Shown here: one piece after another, positions 58,644 to 64,000 of the stretch
How the letters are laid out: the number at the start of each line of letters is the position of its first letter
Position numbering within the stretch: the first letter of the stretch is position 1
DNA from: an uncultured Alphaproteobacteria bacterium
Lineage (GTDB): Bacteria > Pseudomonadota > Alphaproteobacteria > RF32 > CAG-239
Direction of reading: 5' to 3'
DNA: 64,000 nt
NCBI GenBank assembly: GCA_902464275.1
Contig: CABQIK010000004.1
Location: 18,479-82,478, forward strand
Position numbers and translations under genes: made by a program
Notes under the pieces: generated by a model
What the model saw: the letters and a program-made list of their open reading frames with translations, nothing else
What the model was told of the DNA's origin: nothing
Database searches by the model: none

Positions 58644-59753
58644 ATGAAAAAAACTTTGATTGTTGGCGCGGCTTTGTTAATCAGCGCTTGCGCTTCAGAA
58701 ACTTTGTTTCCTTCCGATAACCAAATTGTCAGCACTCCGGCATCGGAAAAAATGCAGATAGACGCTAATACCGGAACGATGGTTGGCCGCAAGGTTGTTG
58801 AATTTAAAAACGAATTGAACCAGATTCGCTCTCAGCTTAATAAAGATTCTGAAACTTTAACCAAATTGCGCGCTGATGTTACCGCTAACATTACAAAATA
58901 TAATGAAATTATGGCGGCAATGGAAACTAAATTGCAGCTCGGCACCACTCCGGCCAACCCGAAAATGGTGGCTTTATACAACAATGCACAAAATGTTTTG
59001 CAGGAAAATGAAGCTGCGATTGAAGGCTTAAACACCCTTTCTGCCGATACTGCCGCTTTAGGCACTCAGCTTGCCGCGCTTATCAGCAGTGTGCGCGAAA
59101 CATACGCTGTTCCGGGAGCGTTAGATGAAGACCATGCCAACTTGCGAGTTTTGGAAAACGGCGCGGAACAAACCGCTGTTGCCGTTAAAAATATGATGGC
59201 GGAAGTTATGGTTGATTCGGCTCAGCAAAAAGGCACAACTCAAAACGCCAGAGCTCGTTTATTGGGTATGAATAACGCCATTGCGCACGGTTCATTCGGA
59301 CCGGACAACGCCGTAATTTTATCTCAGCCGTTGCCTCATCCGCAGGTGATGCAGCAAGCTCCCCGTCCGCAAACCGTAAAACAGCCCTTGCCGAAACTTA
59401 AAGCTCCGGTAAAAGCTTCCGTTAAGTCTAAAGCTCCGGTAAAAGCTGCCGCTCCGGTTAAAACCGTTAAAAATGCGCCGTTGTTTAAGGTTGTGTTCAG
59501 CGCTGAAGACGTTAATTATAAAAAAGATTTAGAATCGGCCGTTAATAAAGCTCTTGCCGCCAATGCCAAGGCAAAGTTTAAGGTTGAAGCTGTAAATCCG
59601 CTGAAAGTTGCCGCGACCGCTGATTCTAAAAAATATGCGGCGGAAGTTTTTGCCGAAATGATTAATCTCGGTGTTGCTCCTGAAGATATTACCATTGTTT
59701 CAAAGGCGGGCTCAGATGTTAAAACTCCGCTTGTTAATGTTTATGCAAAGTAA
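58644..59753 (+). CDS. hypothetical lipoprotein with coiled-coil region and Lys/Ala/Pro repeats
   Basis: Lipobox LLISAC; KAPVKA(S/A) repeats near the C-terminus. Confidence 0.55.
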   Translation: MKKTLIVGAALLISACASETLFPSDNQIVSTPASEKMQIDANTGTMVGRKVVEFKNELNQIRSQLNKDSETLTKLRADVTANITKYNEIMAAMETKLQLGTTPANPKMVALYNNAQNVLQENEAAIEGLNTLSADTAALGTQLAALISSVRETYAVPGALDEDHANLRVLENGAEQTAVAVKNMMAEVMVDSAQQKGTTQNARARLLGMNNAIAHGSFGPDNAVILSQPLPHPQVMQQAPRPQTVKQPLPKLKAPVKASVKSKAPVKAAAPVKTVKNAPLFKVVFSAEDVNYKKDLESAVNKALAANAKAKFKVEAVNPLKVAATADSKKYAAEVFAEMINLGVAPEDITIVSKAGSDVKTPLVNVYAK

Positions 59754-59769
59754 AAGCAAGCTCTTAAAT

Positions 59770-59805
59770 AAAAAAGGTTTCAGCTTAAAAACTGAAACCT
59801 TTTTT
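59770..59805. terminator. bidirectional intrinsic terminator
   Basis: aaaaaaggtttcag…ctgaaacctttttt. Confidence 0.6.
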
Positions 59806-59821
59806 GTTGCTTAAAACCGGA

Positions 59822-62287
59822 TTAATCAACCGGTTTAATATGCCAAATTTTATCGGCGTATTCCATAACGGCGCGGTCGCTTGAAAAATATCCGATGCGC
59901 GCAACATTTAAAAGCGCCTTTTTGCACCATTCGGATTTTTCACGATAATCGGTTTCAGCCTTGTGCATGGTTTGGTTAAAGTCTGCCAAATCAGCTAAAA
60001 TAAAGTAATAATCGCGATTAACCAGTTCTTCAAAAATAGGCTTAAAGAGCAAGGCATGGTCTTTTTCGCAGAACATACTGGAGTTAAGCGAATTTAAAAT
60101 ACGTTTAACGTAATCAGACTTTTCATAAATTTCACGCGGGTTATAAGTTGCGCGCATAGCTTTTATTTGCTCGTCTTTTAAGCCGAACAAATAAAAGTTT
60201 TCAGCGCCGACCGCTTCGCGAATTTCAATATTGGCGCCGTCATAAGTGCCGACGGTTAACGCCCCATTTAAGGCAAACTTCATGTTGCCGGTGCCGGAAG
60301 CTTCAAATCCGGCGGTTGAAACCTGCAAGCTTATATCGGCGGCCGGAATCAGGCGTTCAGCCAATGAAACTTTGTAATTGGGCAGGAAAACAACTTTAAT
60401 GGCGTTGTTGACCCGCGGGTCATTGTTTACCACATCGGCCACGTTATTAATTAATTTAATTATGAGCTTGGCAAAAGTGTATGACGGAGCGGCTTTACCG
60501 GCAAAAATATAAGTTTTATTGTGTATCGGGCGAGCATTGTCTTTAACAATGGCCAAATAATCGCCGATAACCTGCAAAATGGTCATTAATTGACGTTTGT
60601 ATTCATGAATACGTTTGGCGTGAACAATGTACATGCTGTTGGCATTAACCATAATCCCCGCATTTTTGAAAATTTGGAAAGCCAAATGCTCTTTGTTGGT
60701 GCGTTTGTTTTCAGCAAATTTTTTGATAAATTCTTCATCATTAATAAACTGCTCAAGCTTTTTAAGCTCTTCCAGCTTTGTAATCCACTCTTTGCCGATT
60801 TTACCAGTGATAAGGTCGGCAAGCGGGGTGTTAGCGTGCAATAGCCAGCGGCGCGGGGTTATGCCGTTGGTAACGTTAATGAATTTTTCCGGCCACAATT
60901 CATAAAACTCAGGAACAAGCGCGGTTTTAATCAGCTCAGAGTGAAGCTTGGCAACGCCGTTGACGGAAAATGAACCGACAATAGAGAGGTTTGCCATGCG
61001 AATAATTTGATTATTACCCTCGCCGGAAACGATAGAAACTTTAGCCAATTTTGGCGAGGTTTCGCCGAATTTAGAGCGGGCAAATTCCATAAAGCGTTTG
61101 TTGATTTCATAAATAATCTGCAAATGGCGCGGCAACATTTTACCTAAAATGCGGGTCGGCCATGTTTCAAGAGCTTCCGGTAACAGAGTGTGGTTGGTGT
61201 AGGCAAAAATTTTGGTGGTAATTGCCCATGCGTCGTCCCATTCCTGCCCGTATTGGTCAATAAGCAGGCGCATCATTTCGGCAATGGCCAAAGCAGGGTG
61301 CGTGTCATTTAACTGAATGCAAACATATTCCGGCATTTTGTAAAAGTCGTTACTCTTTTCCAAAAAGCGGCGGATAATATCTTGAATGGCGCATGAAACA
61401 AAGAAATATTGCTGAGTGAGGCGCAATTCTTTACCGGATTCAACCGCATCGGACGGGTATAAAACTTTTGAAATGGTTTCGGTTTTGATTTTATCTTTAA
61501 CCGCTTCCATATAACCGCCTTCATTGAAAACGTTAATATCAAGCTCTTCATCGGTTTTGGCGGAAAATAAGCGTAAATAGTTGACCGATTTGCCGTCATA
61601 GCCGACAATCGGAAAATCATACGGAACGCCGTATAAAGTTTGGGTGTTAACCCATGTAAAATAAGGTTTGCCATCAGCGCCCATGTAGCTTTCAACATTG
61701 CCGTAAATCGGAATGCTGACTTTGCGGTCTTGGCGCGCAAACTGCCAGGGCGAGTTTTCACCGAGCCAACTGTCGGCCTGCTCAATTTGCCAACCGTTTT
61801 CAAATTTTTGCTTAAATAATCCGAATTGATAGTTTATGCCGTATCCGAATCCGGCCAAACCTAAAGAGGCCATTGAATCAAGATAACATGCCGCCAAGCG
61901 TCCCAATCCGCCGTTGCCTAATGCAGGGTCATATTCGGCATCAAAAATTTCTTCCATGGAAATGTTCGGAAAACCGTCAATATGAATATCTTTGAGCAGG
62001 TTAAACAGTTCAAGGTTGTGCAAATTGTTTTCAAGCGAACGACCGATAAGATACTCAATAGAAAGGTAATAAACCCGTTTAGAACCGGCGTCATTATAGC
62101 GATGAATGGTTTGATACATGCGGTCCATGGCAAATTCACGCACGGCCAAAGCGATGGCTTCAAAGGCTTCTTCTTTGGTAAGTTCGCAGGTTCGTTTGCC
62201 GATAAAATATTTAATGTAATGTTCAATTGAAAGCTTTAAGCGGGCTTTGTCAATTTCATTTACGGCTTTTGATTCGTCTTTTTTCAA
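59822..62287 (-). CDS. glgP: glycogen/maltodextrin phosphorylase
   Basis: 821 aa; PLP site EASGTGNMKFALNG. Confidence 0.9.
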   Translation of the reverse strand: MKKDESKAVNEIDKARLKLSIEHYIKYFIGKRTCELTKEEAFEAIALAVREFAMDRMYQTIHRYNDAGSKRVYYLSIEYLIGRSLENNLHNLELFNLLKDIHIDGFPNISMEEIFDAEYDPALGNGGLGRLAACYLDSMASLGLAGFGYGINYQFGLFKQKFENGWQIEQADSWLGENSPWQFARQDRKVSIPIYGNVESYMGADGKPYFTWVNTQTLYGVPYDFPIVGYDGKSVNYLRLFSAKTDEELDINVFNEGGYMEAVKDKIKTETISKVLYPSDAVESGKELRLTQQYFFVSCAIQDIIRRFLEKSNDFYKMPEYVCIQLNDTHPALAIAEMMRLLIDQYGQEWDDAWAITTKIFAYTNHTLLPEALETWPTRILGKMLPRHLQIIYEINKRFMEFARSKFGETSPKLAKVSIVSGEGNNQIIRMANLSIVGSFSVNGVAKLHSELIKTALVPEFYELWPEKFINVTNGITPRRWLLHANTPLADLITGKIGKEWITKLEELKKLEQFINDEEFIKKFAENKRTNKEHLAFQIFKNAGIMVNANSMYIVHAKRIHEYKRQLMTILQVIGDYLAIVKDNARPIHNKTYIFAGKAAPSYTFAKLIIKLINNVADVVNNDPRVNNAIKVVFLPNYKVSLAERLIPAADISLQVSTAGFEASGTGNMKFALNGALTVGTYDGANIEIREAVGAENFYLFGLKDEQIKAMRATYNPREIYEKSDYVKRILNSLNSSMFCEKDHALLFKPIFEELVNRDYYFILADLADFNQTMHKAETDYREKSEWCKKALLNVARIGYFSSDRAVMEYADKIWHIKPVD

Positions 62288-62470
62288 AACATTTCCCCTT
62301 GATTTTAAAATACTCTTTTATACCGAACTATATAAAAAATTGTTTGAAATTTACTTAACAATATAAGAATATCAGAGATATTTGCAAAGTTTTTTATGCG
62401 AAAACAGTTGCAAATTGTTTGAAAATATACAATAATCGGGGCGATTAACGTAAAAAAACAGGGATTTAAA

Positions 62471-63823
62471 ATGAAAAAAACTTTTTTGTTAACATTGCTC
62501 GGCGCAACCGCGTTGGCGGTAAATGCCGAGGCTGCCACTATTTTTGAGGCGATGGGCAGTGCTTATACCAATAATCCGACCTTACAAGCGCAGCGCGCGT
62601 ATGTCAGAGCGATTGACGAGAATGTGGCGATTGCAAAGTCCGGTTACCGTCCGACTTTGGCGGTTGTAGGTTCTTATTCGGATTCACATATTCATAATGA
62701 TGTTGTTGAGGTTCAGGACGGATATGACGAATCGGTTGCCGCTGTTGTTAATCAGCCTATTTTTAACGGATTTTCAACCCGTAACAGCGTTAAAGCCGCA
62801 GATGCTTCCGTTAAGGCCGAACAAAGCAATTTGTATAATGTTGAACAACAGGTTTTATTAAGCGCTTCAACCGCGTATTTGAATGTTTTGCGTGACGAAT
62901 CAATCGTAAAACTGCAAAAAAATAATGAAAAACTTTTGAAAAAACGTATGGAAGAAACCAAAGAGCGTTTTAATGTCGGCGAAGTTACCCGCACCGATGT
63001 TTCGCAATCGGAAGCTCGTTATTCGCAAGCTCGTTCTGACCGGATTGCCGCCGAAGGCAGTTTGGCAGCGTCCAAAGCAATTTATGTTCAAGTTATCGGA
63101 CATGAGCCGGAAGGTTTGGAAGAACCTGTCGGAATTGCCGATATGTTTCCGAAATCAATAGAAGACGCGGTAAATTATGCCAAAGGCAACAACTATGCCT
63201 TAAAGGCTGCCAAAGAAGCCTTAAATGCGCAGAGCTATACGGTTGCCGCCAACACCGGCGCTTTGCTCCCGCAAGTAAACTTTGAGGCTGCCGCCGCCCG
63301 TGGACAGACACAGTCATACACTACCAAAGACCCTGAAACCAATAGTTTTAAGTGGGGCGTTAATATGACGGTTCCTTTGTATGACGCCGGTGAAAACCGC
63401 GCTAAAATCCGCCAAAGCAAGTATAAAAAATGGCAGGCGCAGGAAGCGGTTATGGAAGCTGAGCGCAATATGATTTCATCGGTCAGCAGCAACTGGGAAT
63501 ATATGGTTGCAAACCAAGCAAAAATTGCTTCGGTTAAAGACCAAATCAGAGCTTATGCGATAGCTCTTGACGGTGTTCAGCAGGAAGAAGCTTTGGGTAA
63601 CCGCACGGTTTTAGATGTGTTGGACGCTTATCAATCGCTTTTAAACTCTAACGTTGAAGAAGTTCAGGCTCGCCGCGATTATTACGTTTCAGGCATGCAG
63701 TTGTTGCTTTCAATGGGGCGTTTAACCGCTAAAGACCTTAATTTGTCGGTTGATTTATACAATGCCGAAAAGCATTCGGAAAAAACTGCCGGCAGATGGC
63801 TTTCATTATCGGTTGATAAATAA
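62471..63823 (+). CDS. tolC: TolC-family outer membrane efflux protein
   Basis: Signal peptide, two OEP repeats, 450 aa. Confidence 0.8.
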   Translation: MKKTFLLTLLGATALAVNAEAATIFEAMGSAYTNNPTLQAQRAYVRAIDENVAIAKSGYRPTLAVVGSYSDSHIHNDVVEVQDGYDESVAAVVNQPIFNGFSTRNSVKAADASVKAEQSNLYNVEQQVLLSASTAYLNVLRDESIVKLQKNNEKLLKKRMEETKERFNVGEVTRTDVSQSEARYSQARSDRIAAEGSLAASKAIYVQVIGHEPEGLEEPVGIADMFPKSIEDAVNYAKGNNYALKAAKEALNAQSYTVAANTGALLPQVNFEAAAARGQTQSYTTKDPETNSFKWGVNMTVPLYDAGENRAKIRQSKYKKWQAQEAVMEAERNMISSVSSNWEYMVANQAKIASVKDQIRAYAIALDGVQQEEALGNRTVLDVLDAYQSLLNSNVEEVQARRDYYVSGMQLLLSMGRLTAKDLNLSVDLYNAEKHSEKTAGRWLSLSVDK

Positions 63824-63867
63824 AAATTTTCTGTTATGATACAGATATAAGTTTTTTAAGGAAGCAA

Positions 63868-64000
63868 ATGGCAGAAGAAGACGAAATGTCAATGGATGAA
63901 ATTCTGGCTTCAATCCGGAATATTCTGTGGGAAAAGGAGGTGAATAAAAGCGCCTCCCGTTCCTGTATTCGTGACTATGCCAAAGATGCGGAAGGCGATG
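63868..64000 (+). CDS. PopZ-like/DUF2497 protein, N-terminal fragment (3'-truncated by the window)
   Basis: MAEEDEMSMDEILASIRNIL resembles the PopZ N-terminus (…MEEILASIRRII); SD aaggaag. Confidence 0.45.
   Translation, partial: MAEEDEMSMDEILASIRNILWEKEVNKSASRSCIRDYAKDAEGD

Noticed and set aside
1-64000. CRISPR arrays, rRNA genes, IS elements, integrases or other phage genes
   Set aside because: No regularly spaced direct repeats, no rRNA-like GC-rich blocks, and no transposase or integrase-like ORFs were seen in any frame.

Overview
This 64 kb window looks like a low-GC (about 40%) chromosomal segment of an alphaproteobacterium. The clues are a PopZ-like N-terminus at the right edge, a CckA-like hybrid histidine kinase next to Hda, a GAF-containing EI-Ntr (PtsP), an archaeal/eukaryote-type ProRS, and the yfgM-bamB-der cluster. 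Most of it is housekeeping: serS (5'-truncated by the window edge), an rcnR-like repressor / short CDF / patatin operon, nhaA, macA-macB-tolC, truA, prfA, hisS, rodZ, ptsP, apaG, pgm, a DD-carboxypeptidase with a SPOR domain, tRNA-His, proS, pheST, rplT-rpmI, trpS, der, bamB, a GGDEF cyclase, tkt, tRNA-Arg, glgP and a second TolC. The most unusual region is a roughly 3.2 kb insert between trpS and der (44.4-47.6 kb). It has four consecutive uncharacterised membrane proteins, codon usage that differs from the surrounding genes, no Shine-Dalgarno sequences, a perfect TTGACA-17-TATAAT promoter in front, and intrinsic terminators inside and after it. Two of the genes are tandem paralogs with four predicted TM helices, and two share a C-terminal GDTV motif. 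The second accessory region lies downstream of tRNA-His (29.4-37.5 kb). It carries a 1151-aa protein with a prepilin-type N-terminus (G|SLMIE) and a Cys-rich C-terminus, a small partner protein, a metallophosphoesterase, a nitroreductase and an orphan DUF234 ATPase, with no pilus machinery nearby. Smaller observations are a GC-rich structured non-coding region between tkt and tRNA-Arg that contains a duplicated tRNA T-arm fragment and at least two hairpin terminators, a 6-codon leader-peptide-like ORF with a perfect SD upstream of macAB, and an rcnR-type operator palindrome. I found no CRISPR arrays, rRNA genes or IS elements or integrases. All calls are from reading the sequence and the ORF translations; no database searches were run.
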